From Ylistrum balloti (Eukaryota), in the NCBI RefSeq assembly GCF_031769215.1, contig NW_026782015.1, positions 930,001-994,000 on the forward strand: 64,000 bases of DNA, in the 5' to 3' direction. Positions 38,301 to 50,300 of the stretch are shown in pieces; position 1 is the stretch's first letter, and each line of letters begins with the position of its first letter. The translations under genes and the position numbers were made by a program. Below the pieces are notes generated by a model. It ran no database searches and was not told the origin of the DNA. It saw only the letters and a list, made by a program, of their open reading frames with translations.

Positions 38301-41300
38301 GATCAAACATCAAACACTAGAGACAGTACACAATCATTCAAACAATAGATCAAACATTAAACACTACAGACAGTACACAATCCTTCAAACAATAGATCAA
38401 ACATTAAACACTACAGACAGTACACAATCCTTCAAACAATAGATCAAACATTAAACACTACAGACAGTACACAATCCTTCAAACAATAGATCAAACATCA
38501 AACACTACAGACAGTACACAATCCTTCAAATAACAGATCTGAAATCAAACACAAGAGACATTATATGATCCTCTAAACAATGAATTAGCAGTTATCTGTG
38601 GTCAGTTGACACAGATCTAGCACAAGAGTTATACATACCATTTCAAAGCTGGCTAAGGCTATCAGGGGTCTGTTAGTGACTACGTTTAAGAACCTGTTTC
38701 TAGCATTCAATGTCCAGTTCTGTAAAGATACCAAATCATTATGTAAAATATAAAGCATCAAAAGTCATCACACCTCCAGTCTAACAATAATCCCAAACCA
38801 GTGATAATCTGTACTTACATTTTCAGGGCAATGCCACTACATACGCTAATGAATAAAGTAACATAATGGTAAGACATCCATAGGGTGACCATTATAACCC
38901 CATCAGTACAACACCCATAGAGTGACCATTATAACCCCATCAGTACAACACCCATAGGGTGACCATTATAACCCCATCAGTACAACACCCATAGGGTGAC
39001 CATTATAACCCCATCAGTACAACACCCATAGGGTGACCATTATAACCCCATCAGTACAACACCCATAGGGTGACCATTATAACCCCATCAGTACAACACC
39101 CATAGGGTGACCATTATAACCCCATCAGTACAACACACTGAGAAGATAAGAAAAGAGTCCATCACATTCATTAACAAATTAATTATTTTTGTGTGTTATT
39201 GATAAATTACACAAAAAGCAAAGTGTACTCCTGGCATAACTGCAAGCTTACACTAAATTTTAGTGTCAATGCTCAATAAAACAAGAAATCACTGATGCTT
39301 ATCCTTAAATAGACACTGCCTGTTATCTACTGTCATTCTAATACACTTCAAATAATGCCATTTCAATATAAAAGGATAGCCGTACACTAACTCACTTATA
39401 GTTCCATGCTTAAAGTACAACAGTACACATACTCCCTTATAGTTCCATGTTTAACTTACAGTAGTACACTCACTCCCACACAGTTCCATGCTTAAAGTAC
39501 AACAGTACACTTACTCCCACACAGTTCCATACTTAAAGTACAGCAGTACACTTACTACCACAGTAAGTTTCATGCTTAACTTACTGCCTTATAGTTCCAT
39601 GCTTAAAGTACAACAGTACACTTACTTCCACACATTTCCATGCTTAACCTACAGCAGTACACTTACTCCCACACAGTTTCATGCTTAACTTACCGTAAAT
39701 ATTCGCGTATAGTGCCCACCCGCGTATAGTGCGCAGGTACTTTTTGGAGATCAGATTTAAAAAAAAAAAATTTACAGAAAAATTAATTGACTGGTCACTG
39801 CGACGAAACATTTGATGTGGTCTGATCCATTAATAATTAGGAAACCACAATGAGCGTGACCCTAACACATGTAATTACCTTAAGTAAACAAATTTACCCA
39901 GGTGACCTAACAAGCATGAAAGGCTTGGCTGATTGTATAATTAACGGTTAATGACAGTTAACACGTTGAGTATGAGGAGACTGATGACACCCGGCTTGGG
40001 CTGAACGCGTACTATTGGTCAGAAAATGATGTTGTTTTAACTGTCTGATTATTTTCAATCCTACCTTGTCCCCATAAAAGCAGGTGGTTTGTTCAGTATA
40101 GGCATGATCTTTCATGGTATCTGTACCCACCGCGGTATCCGAAGGTATTTTATGATAGATTGTTTACACCGACTTCGACATGGGGAAACTGCGAACGCCA
40201 TTTGACTACGCCGAGAGACTGGAGTTTCGTGCCGCCGGTCGCCATTTCGACATTCCAGAGTGAAATATCAAGGCACGGAAGAAAGAAAAGACCGTCTAAA
40301 GTCCCAACCACTGACCAGAAGGGCTGACATAGGTGCGACAGTGAAACACACAGAGATGTATGCGATCGCCGATATCCCGGCATCGCTGCCAGTACAACAG
40401 AACTGCGCGTGCGGGCCATGCAGATCAAGAGAGGTCATGGGGTCACCAACTTTTGGCATCGGTGGGATGGGCTGTCCGATTTATGAACAGAACGACAATC
40501 GCCTAAAAACTTCCGGATTCATTGAATTCCACAGATACAACATCATCAAAATGAGGCAGAAATTCAGACACTACTATAGCCCCGACCAATAGTAAGACCG
40601 ACGGGAAACGAAAAAAAATTAGATTCACCGTAATGCTAGCGTGAATGGCAGATGATTAAAACATTCGAAATTTATTTTATTTTTCTGTTGTTTTTATCTC
40701 CAAACTATCATATAAGACCGACGACTTTTACATATAACTATATGAAGGGAGGTAATCCAATATGGCGGATGCAGAACTCGGGAATGATAACCCCAGGAAT
40801 GGCATGTACCTGCGTATAGTGCGCAACCCCTTTTTGACACGACAGTTTCAGCTTAAAAAAGTGTGCACTATACGCGAATATTTACGGTACTCCCTTATAG
40901 TTCCATGCTTAAAGTACAACAGCACACTTACTCCCTTATAGTTCCATGCTTAAAGTACAACAGTACACTTACTCCCACACAGTTCCATGCTTAAAGTACA
41001 ACAGTACACTTACTCCCACACAGTTCCATGCTTAAAGTACAGCAGTACACTTACTCCCACACAGTTCCATGCTTAAAGTACAGCAGTACACTCACTCCCA
41101 CACAGTTCCATGCTTAAAGTACAACAGTACACTTACTCCCACACAGTTCCATAATTAACCTACAGCAGTACACTCACTCCCACACAGTTCCATGCTTCAA
41201 GTACAGAAAGATCACTTAATCCCTCTCAGTTCAAAGCTTAACATACAGCAGAACACTTACCTCCTCCAGAGGCTGTAGATGGGCGAGGCGAGCTTGTATA

Positions 41301-44300
41301 GCTTGAGCTGGCAGCTTCAATAGTTTTGATCTGAAAAACAGAATCCATTCATTTCAGTAAGTGTAATTTCATACAGAGACAGAATGAAACATGCACTGAA
41401 GATAATTTATCCCCTCCCTATTATTCTCTCCCCAGTGTAATCAGCAAGACATTGTAGGTAGAATGTCAGGTAAACAGGGAAGTGAGGCTCCCTTCTGGTA
41501 CCAAAGTCAAGTAAAGATCACATCCATTGCCAACTTTCCTTCAACAGAGGCTGTTTCAGAACTTTCATTGAAATTGGTTCATTTGTTTAAAAGTTAACCA
41601 GGTTATCATTCAAAATGACGGTGCAAAAGAAGAAAAAACACAAAAGGACAAGTGTATCAGTGAAACTGATGAATGTTCCCTGAAAACAACTGTATAGGAC
41701 AAAACAAAGGGCAATAATTCTGTAATTAATTGGCTGTGGGTAATGAATTTGGTACACTGCTAATTCCCTTAATATGACTAATGTATACACCAAGTTTCAT
41801 TATCCTAGTTTTAATGCAAGCAAAGCTACCTGGTATGCTTATTACATAAAATATTAACAAAGGGCAATACCTATGTATTGAGGGATCATGTGTCCTTACT
41901 CTGTTACACTGCACCTTGATTTTGCATGACTGATGTATACATCATGTTTTAGTATCCTAGTTTAAATGCAGGTCAAATTATGCTACGGACACAAAATTTT
42001 AACAAAAGGCAAACTGTGATTAAGACAATTTTGATGTTGACCCTGAAATTGGTACACTGCACATTGCCTTTATATGATCAATGTATACACCAAGTTTCAT
42101 TATCCTACCTTAAATGCAAGTTATGGTCTGGACAAGATATTTTTATCAAAGGGCAATAACTCTGTAATTTAGGGGTCAAGTGCCCTAAAATAGGTACATG
42201 GTTTCATGATCTTTGCTTAACTGTGGGCAAAGTTATGCTTCAGACTTAAGTGGACAGAAAGAAAGATGGACAGACGGACTGACAAAAAAGGTGGCGACCA
42301 TATGTTCAAAAATAAATGTAAAACTTCCCTAAAACTTTGTCATGAGAAATATTGCCTTCTTCACAGAAGATATTGCTACACGACATCTTTGTGATTAATC
42401 AACAGTAAGGTGTGAGGAAAAAGAGCTTTCTACTACCTTTTCCACCAAGATCACTTACCTAAGAAGTCGGATATTCCGTCTGTGAACCAGTAAGGTGTTT
42501 CCAAAGTCTACAAAGTACACCTAAGAAAGAAAACAAAACTGGCTAAAATCCCTTTATCAACAAGGAAGGAGAGGAAAGCTGATTGAGCTCATTCCTCCTG
42601 ACAACTGTAAAATATCAAATACCAGACATATTTATAAGTCACATTCCTAGGTCTTTATCACTGACCTATAAGGACTTACCTCCACATATTTGTCTACGTT
42701 GAGAGCTGAGACCACACATCGATGCCAGTTGTTATCCTCTGGGAAGATGGCAGCAACTATTTGACCAACAATCAGTAAGTAGTCGGGCACCTTGTACTGG
42801 TCACCTTCAGCACTGCAGTATAACTTCCTGAAACATGCAAATCATCCTATGATGAAAATGCTGCCAAAGCTTCAAAGTGCATGAGTGAAACAAACATGGT
42901 GCCAGTATAGAAAACAGAGCACATTGAAGTATCTGCAGCACCAGCAACTTACAAAAGCTAGGCCTAGACATAAATTGGTATAATATTCTCTTGCCTTTCT
43001 TCTTCAACATTGATGATCAGTAATTATCCCTGGCTACTGACAACTATTCAATTACTTGCTTGTTGATCCAATTAGCTGGGATTTATTATTATTATTATTC
43101 TTTCAAAGTAACTTAAACAATAGTGACCAATAACATTTCATCAGCTCATAGAGCAATGCAAGTTATCAGTTCTCAACCATAAAGTGTATGTTTTAAACTG
43201 ACGAGTCATACTGATACTAGAAGTTGTAGTAGCTAGTGGTTGTCATAGTCACCTTTCTAGCCTTGGCTAGTGGGAATTTCTCAGTAGTAGAATGTCGGGC
43301 TAGAGACCAGGAAGAAAAAAGAACTCAAGCTATAGGCCTAATTTAAACCCCAGCAGCTAGGAACTATGTTTTCATTACTCCTTCGAATTACATCTGTATA
43401 TAAAGTATATGCATCAAAATCCAAGCAGATCTAAATATTTTCATTTTGAATTCAAAATATGAACCCATCACGTCTTCAACAGATCTATCTACCAATGAAA
43501 TTTTATGTTGATAACTCTTATAGTTTTTGTGTTATGCTTTGGACAAAATTATGACAAACGGACAGACGGACACACAGAGCAGTGACTATAAAAATCATTT
43601 AGGCCTATTAGGTGTCCAAGCATTTAAACATGCTCTTCATGACATGCTGTAAATTCATAATTAGGCCTATAAGCTTATGACAAAACATGAACATGTAATC
43701 AGAACTGTCGCCCATATTAAGATAATTACTAACCTTTATTAGCACATATCTGATGAAGTAATCTAACGACTGCTTTGTTCCATCTAAGTAGTTTGCAGAC
43801 TGCATTTAATTTCTTTAAGCAATAAATCTGTCACACTCTTGATCATTTTCTCGTACAAACAAAGTTTAAGCTTATCATCAGAATTAAGTATAAAAAGCAA
43901 ACTCCACACTAGTCGGTGTTGTTTCATATTTAAGTTTTCATAAACATTTCAAATAGTTCATTGTTAAATAATTTTTTAAAAGGAAAAGTATTTCAAACAT
44001 ATATTTGATAAATCAAGTAAAACCTTTATCTTGGAGGCATAGTGGTACCACAGACTTAGATACTGATAGCAATTCCATGGCGGTTAGCCTGCTGAAAATT
44101 AGACTAAAATACAAACTTCCACTGGTAGAATTATGTCGAAAATTATTACTTTTTCAAATAAGCACAATCATCTCTACAATACTGATATTTTCCATCGAAT
44201 GATCAAAAATATATATAAACATCTTTTCAGTTATGTCATGGAATTAAGACCTTATCACAAAATATCTCATGTATAAGAAACTTGAAAAGCATGGATGAAG

Positions 44301-47300
44301 GGAGATAAATCGAACAATGTATACAGTATGATTTTTCTTCCAAACTGAGAAGAAGCGTAGTAATGTCTGTAGAAATAAATCCATTAGTCATTTAAAACAC
44401 GACATCTTGTATCATTTTTACGTTTTCTTTTTATCTATATATTTTCTATACATATATTTAAAAATAACAGCGACAACTACTTCAGGAACAAATTTTAAAA
44501 TACATTTTATATCCTTTTCGTGAAAGTACTTGTGCATTGTTGGGTCTTGTTGTGGTGTAAAATTTGGTCCAAGCTATAAATAGCCTAGCTAAATAGCAGC
44601 TGATCCTGAAGATGGCTACACATGCTAAGCACCCTATAGATGCACAGAGTCTAAATAAAAACAACAATAATGAAGTATTTTCAGATTTGCACTTGGAATC
44701 AAAAATGAAATTTGATCATGTTCATGTAGCTATGATTTTACAGTTTGCCAGTCTGAATCATCTATGTCATAAAATATTAGCATTATGCTGCTAATAGAAT
44801 TTGACCTCTGTGACCTTGACACTTGGCATGGTCTGCTCAGATTAGTTGCTATACATAAGTATACCCAAACATGGCTGCTCTCTTTACTTACTCTAATTCA
44901 TTCATACACTTTTCAAGGGCTAAAGTTGTACGTTTCCCACGCAGCTGTATCCAGAACAGACCAGGCGATACCACATTTGAAACAAATATTTCTATGTATT
45001 CATTAAGGGGAGGTAACTCTAGAGGTTTGTAGAACACTTTCGGTCCAATAGCATCTGAAGGAATGTTATTTGTCTTATCTTTGTCCTGCAATATAAAAAC
45101 ATTTGAATACTGACTTAGTAAGCACTAGATTAAAGGTACAATTATCTTAAATATATTCTGTTAAACTCCCTGTACATAATAAATGTTAATTGAACCAAAC
45201 TACAATACACTTATCAGAAAGAGCAGCATACTAGAATCTTACCTTGGCTTGTGGTGTCTTATCTTGTCATAAAATGTCTTATCTTGTCCTGTAGAATCTT
45301 ACCTTGGCCTGTAGAATCTTACCTTACCTATGGTGTTATAATTAACCTGTCATATTGTGTCTTAATTCATAGTATGGTGCTTGTGTTTTAATTGACCTGT
45401 CATATTGTGTCTTAATTCATAGTATGGTGCTTGTGTTTTAATTAACCTGTCACATTATGTCTTAATTCATAGTATGGTGCTTGTGTTTTAATTAACCTGT
45501 CACATTATGTCTTAATTCATAGTATGGTGCTTGTGTTTTAATTAACCTGTCACATTATGTCTTAATTCATAGTATGGTGCTTGTATATTAATTAACCTGT
45601 CATATTATGTCTTAATTCATAGTATGGTGCTTAAGGATGTATTCCTCTGATGTTTTGACCAGAAGTGAGACATAATTCAATGTAAAATGAATTCCAACAC
45701 AATATCTTTGACTTTTGTCTTTTTATATACTTTATCTTCTATAGTTGTATTCATAAGTTAAAAAAGGAGGATTTATATGTTTTGAAGAAATTTCACTTGG
45801 TTAACAGTGCCAACAATTTCAATATCTTATTGATTCTAAAGTAATTCCCTTGAGTAAAACTGTGGAAGTTTTTGGTAGATTTCAACGAACTTTTGCAGGA
45901 ATTATTACCACAAACCAAAATTTCAAATATGTGAATTCCAACTTGGTGACCACTTTCCCTGATTGTTAAGACCCGAAAATAAATATTTCAGCTGGTTTCT
46001 TGATCTTGGAAAAACTGACTACCTGGGTGAAAATTGCAAAAGCTAAAATAGAAAATTTCTCTAACAAGATTTAAAGTCCTCAAAAAAGCTTGACAATACA
46101 GGATGGTCAAAGAAAAAATTTATGTCATTTTGGAACATTTTCATTTTAAGGTTTCTTTGCAGTTAGAAGCTCGTTAAATCAAATGAAAAACTTAGCATCT
46201 TCAAATGATTTTTTAGACAATGTCTGTTATCCTGGGAAAAAAATGAGAAAAATATATGGAAATTAATTATTTCCTATGAATAATTATCTATTACATATAT
46301 CCTGTACCAGAAAAAGTTGTGCAGCAACATCTTGATTTTTTGCTTGTAATCTACTATTTAAAATCAAACCTTTCAAAATTCTTCACCAGAAAAAAAAGTT
46401 AAATACTGCTTTTGATTTTGTACTTCTCAGGAGTACATCCTTAACTCCAAGGATTCTTTACTCCATTTTAGTCTAACTTCACCTACTTCCAAAATAAGGG
46501 CATCAAACAAGGAACACTACCTAAGACACCTCCAGTTGGTCTTGTTGCCTTTGTTATCACCTACTGAACATTTCTATATAAAGAAACTCAAGATATCTTC
46601 AATAATTATATAACAGTCCTGCCTTCAACATTTTCAATTCTTACCTCATCTTGTGGAGGGTTGATGATAAGATCTCTGCGAGGTGGTTTCCCTGTGTTCA
46701 GAGCATATACCAACATACAACCTGTCGGTACAATACATACTCTCTAAATTACTTTTAAAACAAATTCAACAGAATTAACGACATGTTATCAATAGTCAAA
46801 GAAAGACAGTGAATAAACAGAATTTTTACAACTTGTACATGTTTTCTAATTTTAATCTAAGATGTGGCATTTTCATGTATTTTCCACAGTACTACCATTG
46901 TTTCGTCATACTACCGAAGCATTTCCATATCATAACCATAGTACTTCTGCAACACTACCCACACGAAAACTGTTTGAAAACGTTCAGTCAAAAAAATTTA
47001 CGGATCATCAATTTATTAACTGAAAACATTGTTTTGATCTTATATACACACCAGATAATACATCTCAATATTATGATTTAATTGTATCCAATATCAAATC
47101 TCGGAAATATTATCTATATGGTTTAAATGGTTTCCAAAGAGTCTGCATGTATATATGTACAATTTGTAATTACATCACACCAATAACATTACCAGTCGGC
47201 GGTGTGCCACATTCGTTTAAATTTATTTCTGATGTAACATGGTCAGTGTTAAAGAAATAGCTGTTATTATGTTATTTCAATGCAATAGCATACAATAACA

Positions 47301-50300
47301 TACAAGCTCCTCTGAGCTCATTTGTATTCCAAATGTACAACAAAGTCTGTGAGTAGGATCCTGGTAGGGACAGATGGACAGACAGAAAGACAAAGAGAAA
47401 GAGGAAGTATGGTATTACCGTCTCCTTTGTATTCCAAATGTACCACACTGTCTGTGAGTGGAATCATAAAGAACTCAATCTTGTCGTAGCCTAGTTCTCT
47501 AAATGGCAACACCTCTCCTGTCAATTCCTGTAACAAAATAATTCCTATCTTACATCAGAATAATTCAATATGCTTGTCATCAAACTAGCTATTGACTAGT
47601 AATTAGAGAACTATGTTTACATACTTCACTATGCAGAAGTTTATCATATAGAATCACTAAAATTGTCTCCACTATTCATGTATTTATTCGTTTATTTTCA
47701 ATATCCTGTGAATTGCCAGGGTCACTTTGTACATTACCGTAAATTTGCGGGTATAGTGCGCAGGTACTTTTTTGGGGTCAGATTAAAAAAAAAAAAATTT
47801 CTACAGAAAGATTAATTGACTACTGGTTACCGCAATGAAACCGTTGTGGTTTGATCCATTGATAATTAGGAAACCACAATCATAGTGACCCTAACATATT
47901 TAATTACCTTATGTAAACAAATTCACACAGGTGCCGGACTTAACAAGCGTGAAATGCTTGGCTAATTGGATAATTAACGGTTCTGTAAAGGTAACAAACA
48001 CGTTGAGTATGAGGAGATTAATGACACCCGGCTTCGGCTGAACGCGTACTATTGTTCAGAAAATGATGTTGTTTTAACTGTCTGAAAAGTTTCAATCATA
48101 TCCTGTCCCCATACCTGTACCTATCCGAAGGTACTTAGCTATAGACTGTTTACACCGATTTCGACATGGGGAAACAGCGAACGCCATTGACTATGCCGAG
48201 AGACTTGAGTTTCGTGCCGCTGGTCGCCACTTCGACATTCCAGAGTGAAATATCAAGGCACGGAAGAAAAAAAAAGACCGTCTAAAGTCCAAACCACTGA
48301 CCATAAGGGCTGACATAGGTGCGACAGCGAAACACCCAGAGATGGAGAGAGAGCTGTTCAACTCTGTATGCGATCGCAGAGATGCCGGCATCGCTGCCAG
48401 TACAACAGAACTGCGCCTGCGGGCCATGCAGATCAAGAGAGGTCATGTGGTCACCAACTTTGGGCATCGGTGGGATGGGCTGTCTGACTTTTGAACAGAA
48501 CGACAATCGCACAAAAACTTCCTGACTCATTGAATTCCACAGATACGCCATTAAAATGAGACAGAAATTCAGACACTACTATAGCCCCGACCAATAGTAA
48601 GACCGTCACTATTCGAACGACGGGAAACGAAAAAAAATAGATTCACCGTAATGCTAGCGTGAATGGCCGATGATTAAAACATTCGAAATTTATTTTATTT
48701 TACTTTTTTGTTGTTGTTGTTTTTATCTCCTAACTATCATATAAGACAGACAACTTTTATATATAACTATGTGAAGGGAGGTAATCCAATATGGCAGACG
48801 CAGAACTCGTGAATGATAACCCCAAGAATGGCATGTTCCTGCGTATAATGCGCACCCCCTTTTTGACATGACAGTTTTAATTTGAAAAAGTGCGCACTAT
48901 ACGCAAAAATTTACGGTACTTGTAATAGCTGGTGGCTCTCTCAATGAACCATATATGGGAGACCCATCAAATGCCATCTAGAGTAATCAGGGTTAAGTGT
49001 CTTGACGAAGGACACAACCATGACATAGAGCAGTCAGTTTCTCAATTTCCCGAGACAATTAAAATGACATTGGTAGAAAGCATTGAATCATGCACTTAAG
49101 ATTTTCACCTTAGGTTACCTTATATAGGCTGGAAAACTTGTTAAGAAGCAAAACTATATATTTACACCTGTACACCTTACCTTACATAGGCTGGAAAACT
49201 CATTGACAAGCACACCTCTAGCATTACACCTGTACGCCTTACCTTATATAGACTGGAAAACTCATTGAGAAGCACACCTCTAGCATTACACCTGTACGCC
49301 TTACCTTATAAAGGCTGGAAAACTCATTGAGAAACACACGTCTACGTTTACACCTGTACATCTTACCTTATATGGGCTGAAAAACTTGTTGAGAAGCAAA
49401 CCTCTAGGTTTTCAAGCTAAAAACTATACACCTTACCCATTACAGGCGGTAAATTGTATTCAGAAACACACCTCTAGGTACACATTGTTACACCTTTACA
49501 CCTTACCTTATATAGGCTGGGAAACTCATTGAGAAGCACACCTCTAGGTTTACACTGTAGCACCTGTCTAATTTTTTCCTCCAGTTGTGAATCAAACTCT
49601 CCTCGGCTGCTGTATCTTCCTTTGGAATGTATCTCTATTCAAGATAAATAATGAGAGCTGCAAGATGCCCTGACCATCCATACTATGTTAACGATAGTAA
49701 CACCAGTTAAATCTAGCATCCAATTATAAATCACATGCCCCTTTCTTAATTTGGTATCACATTTCAAATCTGATACTTTAACATTTATTTAACATTTTAC
49801 TTTAACATGCTTTCAAAGGCTTCAAACATAAATACATATGTTAAAACTTTTAAATTCAACTTTACTTCCCTAATCGTTCAAACCATGAAACAATGTCTGT
49901 TCAAAATTGTTTATTTAATTGACCCTTCCTCCAAGTGTCTTAACAGACTTGTTCAAAGTATTGGGACATATTCAATAACAAAGTACCTACCAGTATTAAC
50001 TATGACTGGGGGGAGGGGGTCAGAAATTCATTTATAACTTTATCTATTTTACAACAACAGCACGAGACATCTTACTGAGGGAGGAAAACCCCATGTGGTT
50101 GGACAGGTGACCCCTACCCTTTCACATCCATTAACGGAATCAAACTCTGTATGACTAGGTGAAAGGCTACCACCCTAAAATCTATGTCATGTGCATTCTA
50201 ACATCCCCTTCCCTCTCGCCGTACTCCCCTAAATAATAGTCAACAGGCCAAAAATGTTGTCATGATTGCACCCTCTAGAGCACACATACCTCTTCTTGTG

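Noticed and set aside
2868-39135. CRISPR-like appearance of the many 30-50-bp repeats
   Set aside because: Units are head-to-tail with no unique spacers, no cas genes, and the context is a spliced eukaryotic gene.
40150-40592. ORFs inside the TIR elements (also 48191-48551) as a transposase
   Set aside because: No DDE/HTH motifs recognisable; frames are not preserved between the two copies.
46640-46660. Exon 7 end (CCTCCACAAGATGAG|GTAAG) resembles the 76-bp repeat (CCTCCAAGATGAG|GTAAG) 39 kb away
   Set aside because: Match is short, partly explained by donor consensus, and the repeat is otherwise clearly derived from exon 15.
49562-49564. Apparent donor CAG|GTGCTA ending exon 5 early
   Set aside because: Reading on gives VLQCKPRGVLLNEFPSLYK, needed to complete LOTUS 4, ending at a better donor (49507).
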